Part shown: in pieces, positions 1-10,076 of the stretch
Layout: each line of letters opens with the position of its first letter
How positions within the stretch are numbered: the first letter of the stretch is position 1
NCBI GenBank assembly: GCA_963740355.1
Contig: CAVUDW010000003.1
Location: forward strand, 2,518,085 to 2,582,084
DNA length: 64,000 nt
From: an uncultured Gemmatimonadaceae bacterium
GTDB taxonomy: Bacteria > Gemmatimonadota > Gemmatimonadetes > Gemmatimonadales > Gemmatimonadaceae
Direction of reading: 5' to 3'
The notes under the pieces: model-generated
Database searches by the model: none
The model's input: the letters and a program-made list of their open reading frames with translations, nothing else
Told to the model about the DNA's origin: nothing
Translations under genes and position numbers: made by a program

Positions 1-1014
1 AAGATACTTGGCAAGGAACGCCCAGATTTCTTTTCGTGACTCGCGTGCAAGTCGAGTATCGATGCGATTGAATTCGTGGCCGCCGGGAGCTGCCTGGTAG
101 ACCTTGTATTCGAACTGCTTCCCCGCCGCCTTCAGCGCTTCGATCAGGTGTTCCACTTCCATCACGTTCACATCTTCGTCGATGGTGTTGGTGTGGACGA
201 GCAGTGGGATGCGGAGTTTGGTGACGGAGTTGACCGGGCTGCGGCGACGGTATTCGTCGGGGTTGTCGACGGCGCTCTTGCCGATGAACTGGGTGAACGT
301 TTCCTGGTAGCCAGGGCCTTTGTAGCCCATGCGCTGGATCAGGTCACTCACCGGCACGCCGGCGTAGGCGACCTTGTAGGCGTCGGGGTAGTTGAAGGCC
401 TGGAACAGCGTCAGGTAGCCACCGTGGCTCCAGCCGAGCACACCGACGCGGGCGGCATCGACATTGGGGAGGTTCTCCACTGCCCAGTCGCGCGCAGCCT
501 TCACGTCGTCGATCTCGCCACCACCGTAGTCGATCGCGTTGTACAGCTCCGAGCCGTAGCCCGTGCTGCCGCGATACTCCGGCGCCACCACCACGTAGCC
601 CTGTTCGAGCAGTTCGCGCAGGATGTGTGAGTAGTAGCGATCGAACGAACCGTGCACGTAGCCGTGGATCAGGATCAGCAGCGGCGCCTTCTTCGTGCCC
701 ACGGACTTCGGCACGAACGAATAGACCGGGAAACGCAGCGGTGTCCCCGATCCCTGCCCCGTCGGATTGTTGTTCCGCGCTGGCACCGGACTGGTGATCC
801 ACCACTTGTCCATCACCGCGATGTCCTCCGTGCGTGCCCGCCACTCGAGGTCATCGACCTTCTTCTCCAACACCTCCATCTGCCGTGCCGAACCCTGCGC
901 GATCTGCCGCGCCTGTGCCTCTGCGCTCGCCGGCGGCCCACCGCCGCCCTGCGCTCCCGCGCCCTCCGAGTACAACAGAACCGCACCAAGGAGCAACGAC
1001 AATTTCAAGCGCAT
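1..1014 (-). CDS. S9 family (prolyl oligopeptidase-like) secreted serine peptidase, runs off the window edge
   Basis: Manual minus-strand translation from ATG at 1014 (MRLKLSLLLGAVLL, signal-like) stays open to position 1. It contains LLILIHG, PEYRGSTGYG, the nucleophile GWSHGG, DEDV and GGHEF. Confidence 0.85.
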   Translation of the reverse strand, partial: MRLKLSLLLGAVLLYSEGAGAQGGGGPPASAEAQARQIAQGSARQMEVLEKKVDDLEWRARTEDIAVMDKWWITSPVPARNNNPTGQGSGTPLRFPVYSFVPKSVGTKKAPLLILIHGYVHGSFDRYYSHILRELLEQGYVVVAPEYRGSTGYGSELYNAIDYGGGEIDDVKAARDWAVENLPNVDAARVGVLGWSHGGYLTLFQAFNYPDAYKVAYAGVPVSDLIQRMGYKGPGYQETFTQFIGKSAVDNPDEYRRRSPVNSVTKLRIPLLVHTNTIDEDVNVMEVEHLIEALKAAGKQFEYKVYQAAPGGHEFNRIDTRLARESRKEIWAFLAKYL

Positions 1015-1170
1015 GGATTTGGCTGGCAAAGGCGAGACGAAATGGCGACCCACCATTCTCGCCACGCGCTGCGCGCCGCGAAAGCCTCTCTCCGATCACA
1101 CATCCCTCCTACGCCTCGAACTTGGTTGCCCTTCAATCGCGCTCCGGACCTAGGCCGCACATGCTCGCTC

Positions 1171-1550
1171 GCGGCGACGCTGCGCTTTCGCCCTGCGGTC
1201 CACACTCCCTCACGCGGAGCCGCGGGGGACGCGGAGACGCGGGGGACAGCATCGGACGCCTATGGCGGCGGAGGGGTCAAGAGCGGAACAAGAGCAACAG
1301 CTCTTTAGGGGTTGGATGCGCTCGCGACCTTCATGCCCACAGCCTGTGCAGTTCCCCAACAAAGCAGAGTTTCCGAGCGCCACGCGAACTCCCCTCCGCT
1401 GACGAGGAAGAATCAGCAACCACCTTGGCGAAAGGCGGGTTGCACGAACGCCGGGCGAAAGCGCAGCGTCGCCCCACAGGCCGTTGCTCTCCTCCGCGTC
1501 TCCGCGTCCCCCGCGGCTCCGCGTGAGGAAGTGCAGACCAGCAGGCGACG
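1171..1550. repeat. Modular palindromic intergenic repeat, copy A (diverged)
   Basis: Arm CTCACGCGGAGCCGCGGGGGACGCGGAGACGCGG has its reverse complement at ~1494-1527. GACGCTGCGCTTTCGCC and GACGCCTATGGCGGCGGAGGGGTCAA modules are shared with the other copies. Confidence 0.8.
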
Positions 1551-1780
1551 GATACGGAGCATCAGCAGCGCGGAGTTCCGGCAGTGCGTGCTGGAGGTTC
1601 CTCGTTGAGGTTCGCCAAGGCTGTTCGCGTCACCATCGCTCTTTCGATGTCGCAGGAACGAGCCACCCTTGCGCGCCAGTGACAGTCTTGAAATGAGCCA
1701 GATCAATTGACGCGCTGGGTTCAGTGGATTGATTCAGGGCAGGAGAGGGTTTCCACGACGCCGACCGACGCTGGCCCTGC

Positions 1781-4258
1781 ATGGATGCTACCGACCGACC
1801 AGCAAGCGATGTGATGCCTGCCGCGCATCTCGCGCTCGCAAACCAGATGGCCCTGCTCGAAACGGTCTTCGAGCGCGCGCCCGTCGGTCTCGGCGTGGTC
1901 GATTGCGACTTCCGCTACCTGCACGTCAACAGCGCGCTCGCCGCCATCAATGGGCTGCCAGCCGCCGACCACATCGGGCGCCGGCCGAGCGAAGTCGTGC
2001 CGAAGCTCTGGCCGCAGATCCAGGCCGTATACAACGCCGTGCTGCGCGGCGAGACCGTCGTCAATCACGAGATCAGCGGTGTCATCGAAGCCGGGCCCGG
2101 CGGAAGGGAAACCCGGCACTGGCTCACCAGCTACTACCCCGTCCGGCAGGGCAACGCAATCATCGGGATCGGCATCGTCGTCAATGATGTGACCGAGATG
2201 CGTCGCTACCGCGATGCCCTGCGGATCCGGACCGATCTCTACGCCATGATCTCGCGCACCAGTCGCGCGGCCGTCGAACGACAGACGCCACTCGAGCTGT
2301 ACGAGGACATCTGTCGCGTCGCCGTCGAGACTGGCCACTTCCGCTTCGCCTGGATCGGTGTGCCGGATGGTGATCGCGTAAGCATGATCGCGTCGGCCGG
2401 TGACGATCATGGGTACATGTCGGAGCTCGTCATCACACTCGACGAAAACGACCCACGGTCGCATGGTCCCACCGGCACTGCGGCGCGCACCGGCACGTCG
2501 TCGGTCGTGAATGTGTTCCATGCCGAAGATTCAACGCGGCCGTGGCACGACCTCGCCGAAGGCGCTGGCTTTGCGGCATCGGCCGCGTTCCCGCTGTTCG
2601 AACGCGGGAAGGTCGCATCAGTCATCACGCTCTATGCGTCAACCGCCGGGTTCTTCACCCAGGAGCTCCTCGATACACTGGGCGAGATCAGCCCGATCGT
2701 GTCCTTCGGCCTCGACTCGATGGCGGCCGAAGCCGCGAAGCGTCGGGACGATGCAGAGCTGCGGTTGCGCGACCGTGTGATCCGCGCCGTCTCATCCGGG
2801 ATCTGCATCACCGACCCGACGCAGCGCGACAACCCGATGATCTTCGTCAGTCCCGGCTTCGAAAAGTTGACCGGCTACTCAGCAGCGGAAGTCATCGGAC
2901 ATAACTGTCGTTTGTTGCAGGGCCCGCAGACCGACGCCGAGGATGTCGCGAAGATTCGTGAGGCGGTGCGGGCCGGGCGTGGGTGCACGGTCGAATTGAT
3001 GAACTACAAGAAGGATGGCACGCCGTTCTGGAACGAGCTCACCATCTCGCCGGTCGCCGACGAACATGGCACGCTGACACACTTTGTCGGCGTGCAGTCC
3101 GATGTCACGGAACGCCGCGCGCTCGAAGCGCAGATGCGTCAGTCGCAGAAGATGGAAGCCGTCGGCCAACTCGCCAGCGGGGTCGCACACGACTTCAACA
3201 ACCTGCTCACCGTCATCGATGTCTGCAGCGAGATGCTGGCGCGCATGCTGCAGAAGCAGCCTGACGCCCTCGAGCTCTGCGTCGAGGTGCAGAAGGCTGG
3301 TGAACGTGCCGGCACGCTGACACGGCAATTGCTCACCTTCAGCCGCAAGCAGGTCGTTGCGCCACGCATTGTCGATGTGAACCTGTTGGTGCGCGATAGC
3401 GAGAAGATGCTGCGCCGCCTGATCGGTGAGCACATCCTGCTCGCGATCAAGCTCGGGCCGACGGTGGGTTCAGTGGTGGTCGATCCAGGCCAGCTTGAGC
3501 AGGTGCTGGTGAACCTCGCCGTCAATGCGCGAGACGCCATGCCGACCGGCGGACGTCTGGCGGTCACCACCAGCAATGTGTCACTCGACGAGGCGCTTGG
3601 CCCGCTCGATCCCGGCCAGTACATCATGCTCGAGGTGAGCGATACCGGCAACGGCATGGACTCGGCGATTCTCTCGCAGATATTCGAGCCGTTCTTCACC
3701 ACCAAGCCCACCGGTCATGGCACGGGCCTGGGCCTCGCCACGGTGCGATCGATCGTTGAACAGGCGCGCGGCCATGTGGTCGTCGAGAGTGCACCAGGAC
3801 TCGGCACGAAGTTTCGCGTCTATCTCCCGCGCGACATGACGGAGATGGAAGAGACGACGATCCGTCTCCTACCGGGCAGCATGCCACGCGGCACAGAGAC
3901 CATTCTCCTGGTCGAGGATGACGATGCGGTCCGCCTCCTCGGCCAGCGCGCGCTCGCGCAGTGTGGCTACATCGTGCTCCCCGCTGCCGATGGTCACGCC
4001 GCGCTCGAATTCGCCCGCGCCTATCCCAACGACATCGACCTGCTCGTCTCCGACGTCGTGATGCCCCACCTCGGCGGCCGCAAACTCGCCGAAGCCATCG
4101 CCAAGATCCGTCCCAGCACAAAGGTGATGTTCGTCTCCGGCTACACCGACGATCAGGTGCTGCTGCATGGCGTCGTGCACTCCGAAGTCACGATGCTGCA
4201 AAAGCCCTACTCCATCGCGACCCTCGCGCAGACCGTCCGTCGAGTGCTCGATACGTAG
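1781..4258 (+). CDS. Hybrid sensor histidine kinase PAS-GAF-LOV-HisKA-HATPase-REC
   Basis: H-box AHDFNNLL, N-box NLAVNARDAM, G-boxes DTGNGM and GTGLGL, receiver LLVEDD...DVVMP, LOV motif GHNCRLLQG. Confidence 0.92.
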   Translation: MDATDRPASDVMPAAHLALANQMALLETVFERAPVGLGVVDCDFRYLHVNSALAAINGLPAADHIGRRPSEVVPKLWPQIQAVYNAVLRGETVVNHEISGVIEAGPGGRETRHWLTSYYPVRQGNAIIGIGIVVNDVTEMRRYRDALRIRTDLYAMISRTSRAAVERQTPLELYEDICRVAVETGHFRFAWIGVPDGDRVSMIASAGDDHGYMSELVITLDENDPRSHGPTGTAARTGTSSVVNVFHAEDSTRPWHDLAEGAGFAASAAFPLFERGKVASVITLYASTAGFFTQELLDTLGEISPIVSFGLDSMAAEAAKRRDDAELRLRDRVIRAVSSGICITDPTQRDNPMIFVSPGFEKLTGYSAAEVIGHNCRLLQGPQTDAEDVAKIREAVRAGRGCTVELMNYKKDGTPFWNELTISPVADEHGTLTHFVGVQSDVTERRALEAQMRQSQKMEAVGQLASGVAHDFNNLLTVIDVCSEMLARMLQKQPDALELCVEVQKAGERAGTLTRQLLTFSRKQVVAPRIVDVNLLVRDSEKMLRRLIGEHILLAIKLGPTVGSVVVDPGQLEQVLVNLAVNARDAMPTGGRLAVTTSNVSLDEALGPLDPGQYIMLEVSDTGNGMDSAILSQIFEPFFTTKPTGHGTGLGLATVRSIVEQARGHVVVESAPGLGTKFRVYLPRDMTEMEETTIRLLPGSMPRGTETILLVEDDDAVRLLGQRALAQCGYIVLPAADGHAALEFARAYPNDIDLLVSDVVMPHLGGRKLAEAIAKIRPSTKVMFVSGYTDDQVLLHGVVHSEVTMLQKPYSIATLAQTVRRVLDT

Positions 4259-4276
4259 ATCCTTCGTGCTACTGCA

Positions 4277-4597
4277 AATCGCAGAGACGCAGAGACGCAG
4301 AGAACTGCAACTGCCTTAACGCAGAACAGATGAACAGCGGTACTGCAACTGCCGCAGAACTGAACAGCCGCAGAACTGCAAGGGCAACTGCAACTGCTTT
4401 GGTAAAGGGCCTTGGAAGCGGAAGGTCGGTGGGCGAGTCGTTCCCTCAAAGAATCAGCCGCAACCCTCGACCAACCTTCCAGCATTCACACGCAGTTCTG
4501 CGGCTGTTCTGTTCTGCGGCTGTTCACTTCTGCGTTAAGGTAGTTGCAGTTCTCTGCGTCCCTCTGCGCCTCTGCGTTAAAGCAGTTGCAGTTCTCT
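4277..4597. repeat. Long imperfect palindrome made of CGCAGAGA / GCAACTGC / GAACAGC units between convergent genes
   Basis: Left arm CGCAGAGACGCAGAGAACTGCAACTGCCTTAACGCAGAA mirrors right arm TTCTGCGTTAAGGTAGTTGCAGTTCTCTGCGTC. Confidence 0.85.
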
Positions 4598-5820
4598 CAG
4601 CCGTGTAGAAAAGTCTCGAGTTTACGCCCGACCGCATCCGCACCGAATCTCGCTCGCACGCTCGCGTCAGCCGCGATACGCCGGGAGTCAGCCTGGGAGT
4701 CTGTCAGTGCGAGGGTGCGCTTGATGGCTGACGCGATGGAGTCGGCGTCGAAGGGATCACAGAGTTCGCCGATGGCACCGTCTTCGAGGATTTCGCGCGG
4801 GCCGCCGTGATTCGAGCCGACCATCAGCAAGCCGCGCGAGGCTGCTTCGGGGAAGACCATGCCGAAGGGTTCGTCCACCGGTGCGAAGGCGAACACGTCA
4901 CACTCGGCGGACAAGACATCCAGCTCCGCCGTCTGCAGGTAGCCGTGGAATTTCACGGCGCCCGGTGCCTCCGATGCGGCGAGTTTCTCCAGCGCCTTGC
5001 GACGCGCGCCACTGCCGACCACGTGCAGGATGGCCTGCTTGTGCACCTTGCGCACGATCGCGAACGCACGAATCAACGTGTCGATGTTCTTTGGAATGCC
5101 GAGTCGTGTCTGCACCAAGATCTGCGGTGCGCCACGACGCAGGCCGTGGCGTGGTGGTGCCGATTCGGCGAAGCGGACCATCGGGTACACCACTTCCGTG
5201 TCGGTGCGTCCCGTCGCTTCGCGCACACAGTCGGCACCGTATTGCGAGAGACTCGCCACCGCATCGAGTGAGCAGACGCCCCGACCGTCGAACGATCGCA
5301 GCTCCCGCTGCTGGCGTTCCTTCCAGGGCAGCATGCGCGCCATCAGGCCACGGCGCATCAGGCGTCGCGCCACCTGCTGCGTCGCGAAGTCGTTCGCTGC
5401 GTCGCCCATCATTTCGGCGTGATGCGCAGCTTTCGGATTTCCCTCGCGCACGTACAGCGAGCGGTACGGCTCGCAGGCGTACCAGACGCGGCGCGCATCG
5501 GCGGTGGCAGCCGTCAGCGGCGCACAGGGGTAGTTGTACGCCATGATCACGTCAGCGTCGCGCAGGAACGGGCGGGCGCGGTCGATCAGTTCCGGCATCA
5601 TCGCGGTCGTCAGCGATTCCATCTTCTTCACGCCCTTCGGCAGCCCGATCTCCTCGACCCTCAGTCCCTGCAGCTGCGTTGCGCACGCCGCCGTATCTGC
5701 CCGCAAGGCGACGATACGCACCGTGTGCCCAGCGGCAGCCAGCCAGCGCGCCTGCGTCGCCAGCAGGACTTCTGCGCCGCCGAACGAGGTGAAGTGACTG
5801 TGGAAGATCGTGACACGCAT
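4597..5820 (-). CDS. Glycosyltransferase family 4 protein
   Basis: N-terminal GGAE, KNIDTLIRAF and EPFGMVFPEA (EX7E) motifs. Confidence 0.88.
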   Translation of the reverse strand: MRVTIFHSHFTSFGGAEVLLATQARWLAAAGHTVRIVALRADTAACATQLQGLRVEEIGLPKGVKKMESLTTAMMPELIDRARPFLRDADVIMAYNYPCAPLTAATADARRVWYACEPYRSLYVREGNPKAAHHAEMMGDAANDFATQQVARRLMRRGLMARMLPWKERQQRELRSFDGRGVCSLDAVASLSQYGADCVREATGRTDTEVVYPMVRFAESAPPRHGLRRGAPQILVQTRLGIPKNIDTLIRAFAIVRKVHKQAILHVVGSGARRKALEKLAASEAPGAVKFHGYLQTAELDVLSAECDVFAFAPVDEPFGMVFPEAASRGLLMVGSNHGGPREILEDGAIGELCDPFDADSIASAIKRTLALTDSQADSRRIAADASVRARFGADAVGRKLETFLHG

Positions 5821-6051
5821 GATCAAGCCTCGGTCCGGCGAAGAATCTTCGGGCGCTGCGCTACCCGCATGAGACAATCAGGAGTGATATATCTGAATGA
5901 CAAGGCTTTCCTATTATCTCCCGGTTCCGAACCGCGCGGAGCGCCGCAGGGTGCCAGACCGTATCCCATCACCAGAGCAGCAACCGTGCCCTCGTTCAGA
6001 CGGACACCGATGAGCGCGTCTTCCCTACCAACCGTTCGGTCCAGCTGACTC

Positions 6052-6558
6052 GTGTGGCATGATCTGCTGGAGTTGCTCCGGAGCGGTACCACCCTCATCG
6101 AGCACTCGTCACCGGGTGTCGCGCTGTCGGTGGCGTTCGCGCTTGGCTTTTTCTTTGGTGCCATCCCCGCGGGCGCGGCCGAACTGCTGGCGCTGGCCGC
6201 CGGCACCGTCACGCAGCGCGAGCTGGTATTCCCTCTGTTGCTGCTGATCACCGCCGGTCACATCCTCGGCAAGCTGCTCTGGTACTGGCTCGGGACGTTC
6301 GAGGATCGGGTGACGAACGCGAAGGCGCGGGCCTGGATCGAGAAGGCGAACGACCTGCAGGGCCGCCATCCTCGACTTGGCTTCGGCGTGATTCTCAGCT
6401 CGTCGTTCGCCAGCCTGCCCCCGTTTCACCTCTCGACCATCAGCGCCGGCGTCGTGCGGATGCCGCTCGCCAGTTACACAATCGCGGCATTTCTTGGCCG
6501 ATTGGGTCGATTCGCGCTGGTAGCGATGGTTCCGGGGATGATGCGATACTTTTTCTGA
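6052..6558 (+). CDS. DedA/VTT (YqaA-like) membrane protein
   Basis: Hydrophobic helices, G..L.YWLG and GRLGRF motifs. Confidence 0.65.
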   Translation: MWHDLLELLRSGTTLIEHSSPGVALSVAFALGFFFGAIPAGAAELLALAAGTVTQRELVFPLLLLITAGHILGKLLWYWLGTFEDRVTNAKARAWIEKANDLQGRHPRLGFGVILSSSFASLPPFHLSTISAGVVRMPLASYTIAAFLGRLGRFALVAMVPGMMRYFF

Positions 6559-6613
6559 CGTCGTCCGCCCGAGTTCGCCTGAAGGTGTCCGCTCCCCATT
6601 CGTCAGCGACCCG

Positions 6614-7786
6614 ATGAGCTACACGCCCCCCACCCCCGGCTGGCTGACGCGCACCCTCTGGAAGGCCGCCGGCGCCGACGAGACGCTGCTCCGGCAGTGC
6701 AACTACAACGAACATGTGAAGTTCGTCGGCCTGGGCGGCATTGTCGCGGCGACCGGCGTGCTGGCCGGCCTCGCCGGCGGCTACGCATTCTGGACCATCT
6801 TCCGCCCGAAGGGCGACACCGGCACCACCCTCGCCGTCGCACTGGCCGCACTCGGCTCGATCGTGATGGGCGCGTTGTGGGGCGCGATCATCTTCAACCT
6901 CGATCGCTACATCGTCGCCAGCACCGGCAAGGGTGACGGCACCGAAGCCATCACCCGCCGCGAGCTGACCAACGCACTCCCTCGCATGGTGCTCGGCGCG
7001 ATCATCGGCCTGACGATTTCGGCGCCGCTCGAAACACGCATCTTCGAGCCTGAGATCAACACCGCGTTGCGACGGGTGCGACAGGAAAAGATCGTCGAAT
7101 ACCGCACCACCACCGAAGCCAACTTCACCAAGACCTTCGGCGACCTGATCGAGCAGCAGAAGGTGTGGCAGCAAGAGGTGGATGCGCAGCGCCTGCGCGC
7201 CGATTCTGCGCAAGCTCGTGCCACCGCCGAGATGGACGGAAGCGGCGGCAGCAAGTTCCGCAGCCAAGGGCCCATCTATCGCGCGAAGCAGAAGATCGCC
7301 GATGACGAGAAGGCGAAACTCGAGGAAGTGCGCGCGCGGGTGAAGCCGCACATCGATGATCTCGAGACCACCCTCGCCACGCGTCGCGCCGAGCGTGACA
7401 AGGAACTCAAGTTCAACGAAGAGACCATCGCACGGTTGGATGGTTTGCAGATCCGGATGAAGCTGGCCGAGGAAGTGGCAGGGCCGGGCGTGACCTGGAT
7501 GATTCGCTTGTTGTTCCTCGCGATCGAGCTGACGCCGATCTTCTTCAAGCTGATGATCATCAAGGGTCCGTACGACTACCTCGAGGAGAACGCGAAGGAG
7601 TTCATCAAGGCCAGCCGCGGGATCAACACCAAGTATGAGTACGTGCAGGTCGAAGGCACACCGCTGATGTCAGAGCGGACGGTGTTCACGGAGGCCGAAC
7701 GCGAGCGCGAGCGACTCGCCCCGCCGAAGCCTGTGGATCCAGTGCTAACGCGCGACGACACCGGATCGCAGCGTGCGCTCACCTGA
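6614..7786 (+). CDS. DUF4407-like membrane coiled-coil protein
   Basis: AGAD..LL, IFNLDRYIV and PLETRIF..EI motifs, coiled coil, C-terminal IEL.PIFFKL. Confidence 0.75.
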   Translation: MSYTPPTPGWLTRTLWKAAGADETLLRQCNYNEHVKFVGLGGIVAATGVLAGLAGGYAFWTIFRPKGDTGTTLAVALAALGSIVMGALWGAIIFNLDRYIVASTGKGDGTEAITRRELTNALPRMVLGAIIGLTISAPLETRIFEPEINTALRRVRQEKIVEYRTTTEANFTKTFGDLIEQQKVWQQEVDAQRLRADSAQARATAEMDGSGGSKFRSQGPIYRAKQKIADDEKAKLEEVRARVKPHIDDLETTLATRRAERDKELKFNEETIARLDGLQIRMKLAEEVAGPGVTWMIRLLFLAIELTPIFFKLMIIKGPYDYLEENAKEFIKASRGINTKYEYVQVEGTPLMSERTVFTEAERERERLAPPKPVDPVLTRDDTGSQRALT

Positions 7787-8639
7787 TTCATCGGGCGGCG
7801 TGGACGCTTCGGATGCGCGAGGTGACCGGCTCGAGTTCCTGAGCGGCGTGCTGCGCGCGAAGTTCGAGTCGCGGAGCGAAGTCGGGAATCATTCCGCGCA
7901 TGGCAAGCTGCGCGACATGCGGCTCGTCGAGCCCATTGTGCGCGAGGCTGTGTGGACTGACGAGCCCGTGGTGCGTGGTGATGACCTGTTCGACGACACG
8001 CTCGTCGACGGATTGTCGGCGGCACGCGTGTTGACCAACGACGGCATCGTGCGCGAGGTCGAGCGTCTCGAGGATGTGCGGCTGTCGCAGGTGTCGCTGA
8101 CGAATGTGCACAAGCTCGGCGAGCGTCTGGTCGGTGATATCGAAGCGCGCGTGACCGCGGTACGCCGCATCGTTGTGCCGCCGCCTACGCCACCGCCTGT
8201 CGTTCTCGCGCCGTCGGTGCAGGTGCCCGTGCCGACGCTCACGGCCGAAGTGCAGGAATTTCCAGCGCGTGATTCCTGGAAGACACCGCCCTCGTTGCCC
8301 GCCGTCGATCGCGTCAACAACTCGGCCCTCGACAATGGTGTCGGCTGCCTGACCAAGTCCACTGAAACCGTGATCGCGATGCTGATCTTCGGCGTCGTGG
8401 CACTGGCCGCTTTGTGGCTTGCGTCGGCCGTGTTTTCGTTCGTCTACGACATCCTCATCGCGGCGTGGGATCGGACTGGAATCGGGAGTGTATCGCCCGA
8501 TGTCTTTCCGGCACCGGTGTCAGGTTGGGCGCGGTGGTGGGGGCAGCACATCCATCCGCTGGGGCAGATCCTGATCGTGGTGGTGGCGGCGTATGTGTTG
8601 TTCGGGTGGAAGAAGTTTTCGCGGTGGCGGTGGCGCTGA
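7773..8639 (+). CDS. Hypothetical membrane protein (start uncertain)
   Basis: 288-aa ORF with a Pro-rich linker and two C-terminal TM segments. Confidence 0.55.
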   Translation: MRSPDSSGGVDASDARGDRLEFLSGVLRAKFESRSEVGNHSAHGKLRDMRLVEPIVREAVWTDEPVVRGDDLFDDTLVDGLSAARVLTNDGIVREVERLEDVRLSQVSLTNVHKLGERLVGDIEARVTAVRRIVVPPPTPPPVVLAPSVQVPVPTLTAEVQEFPARDSWKTPPSLPAVDRVNNSALDNGVGCLTKSTETVIAMLIFGVVALAALWLASAVFSFVYDILIAAWDRTGIGSVSPDVFPAPVSGWARWWGQHIHPLGQILIVVVAAYVLFGWKKFSRWRWR

Positions 8640-8673
8640 CAGCAGGAACGCATCTGCCGCGAACCGCGACTGT

Positions 8674-9156
8674 TCATTCCAACCGGAGCTCTCTCGGTTC
8701 ATCGTTGCGCGGCGACACGACTGCCATGTCCAGTTCCGGTGCCAGCTCGTCGAGCTCGTGCTCGAGTATCGAGATCTGGAGCATCGAGTTCAGTTGCAAC
8801 TGAACGACGCCACCGCTGATCAAGTTGGCTTCATTTGCGGCGGCGTCGAAGATCGCCGGAAACGTCTTGCGCAGCATGGCAATCCGCGAGCCGGTGAGCG
8901 GCAGTCGCAGCGATACCAGCAGCGACACGTCGGTCACGTCAAACGCGATCAGTCCGCCGACCGTCATGTCTTCGAACAGGACCCTGCGTTCGGCGGCGCA
9001 GCGACCGAGTGCTGATGCAACCACCATTTGGTCGCGGCCGTCGACGATGAAGACGTGTTTGTCACACTCGTTGCAGTGGCGGGCCCTCTCGGAGTTCGTG
9101 GGAGCGAGTTCATCCCAGTCTTTACCGCAAACGAAGTGAAAGTCGCAAAGGGCCAT
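8674..9156 (-). CDS. Hypothetical protein with N-terminal Cys motif
   Basis: C..DWDEL...RHCNECDKHV. Confidence 0.55.
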   Translation of the reverse strand: MALCDFHFVCGKDWDELAPTNSERARHCNECDKHVFIVDGRDQMVVASALGRCAAERRVLFEDMTVGGLIAFDVTDVSLLVSLRLPLTGSRIAMLRKTFPAIFDAAANEANLISGGVVQLQLNSMLQISILEHELDELAPELDMAVVSPRNDEPRELRLE

Positions 9157-9325
9157 GGCTGTTTGCTCCGTTCGACGCAGTGGCTGTGACGCAGTGGTGA
9201 AGGAAATCTGTCTTCTGCCACCGACAGCCGAGGTCCGCCTCCCTCCCTCCCCCCGAACTCGCGCAGACTCGCGGCCGCTTCGCCCCTAAGTCTGCGTGAG
9301 CAAGGAGATTCAGCTTTCCGATCGA

Positions 9326-9928
9326 CTACGGATGAAACACCAACCCGAGTGACAACCCACCAGCGCCCAGCGTGTTGTCAGCCACGGCGACCGAATTGCC
9401 GTTCAGCTTCGCATCATTGATCTTGCCGCCGGCGGCGCTCCAGACGATTTCAAGCGCGACGGCCTTGTTGAAGTGCACCTGTCCGCCGAGTGCGAGGGTC
9501 AGCATGCCGGCGCGCTGTTCGAAGCGGCCGCTGCCGAAGTCGGTGCGTTCGTTGTAGCCCGCGAAGCCCACGTCGAAGAAGGGACGGAACTGGTTCGAGC
9601 GGCGGCGGAACGTGTAGCGGTAGGTGAGGTCGACCTGTGCGAAGTTCGGCTTCGGTGCATCCAGGTCCAGCGTGCCGCCCTGCAGCCGCAGCGCGATGCC
9701 GGAATGTTCGTTGAAGCCGCCGTGCAGCACGATGCCGGCCGAGCTACCGTAGACCGCGTCGTTCTTCTGGCCTTCGACGGTGGACGTGAAGGCACGCGAA
9801 GCGCCGAAGACGCCGATCGAGAAACCGTCGGCCGTGGACCTGGCCTGGGCGGAGGCGATCTGTGCGGTGGCGAGCGTTGCGAAGGCGTAGACGCCGGCGA
9901 CGGCGAGCTTACGAAGACTTGGGGTCAT
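9326..9928 (-). CDS. Outer-membrane beta-barrel protein
   Basis: AAGGA RBS before MTPSLRK, signal peptide ending ASA-QA, alternating beta-strand pattern, aromatic residue near the C-terminus. Confidence 0.7.
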   Translation of the reverse strand: MTPSLRKLAVAGVYAFATLATAQIASAQARSTADGFSIGVFGASRAFTSTVEGQKNDAVYGSSAGIVLHGGFNEHSGIALRLQGGTLDLDAPKPNFAQVDLTYRYTFRRRSNQFRPFFDVGFAGYNERTDFGSGRFEQRAGMLTLALGGQVHFNKAVALEIVWSAAGGKINDAKLNGNSVAVADNTLGAGGLSLGLVFHP

Positions 9929-10076
9929 GAATTCCTTGTGTGTGTAGGTGGCAGGAGACTGGTCCAGGAGCGGCGAGGTCACTCGCGCTCGATGGGTTCG
10001 CCCTGCAGCCATGTCGTGTCGAGGCTGCAGGCGCTTCAGCCCATACACCGCTCGCGGCCGTCGGGGTCGGCGAGCG

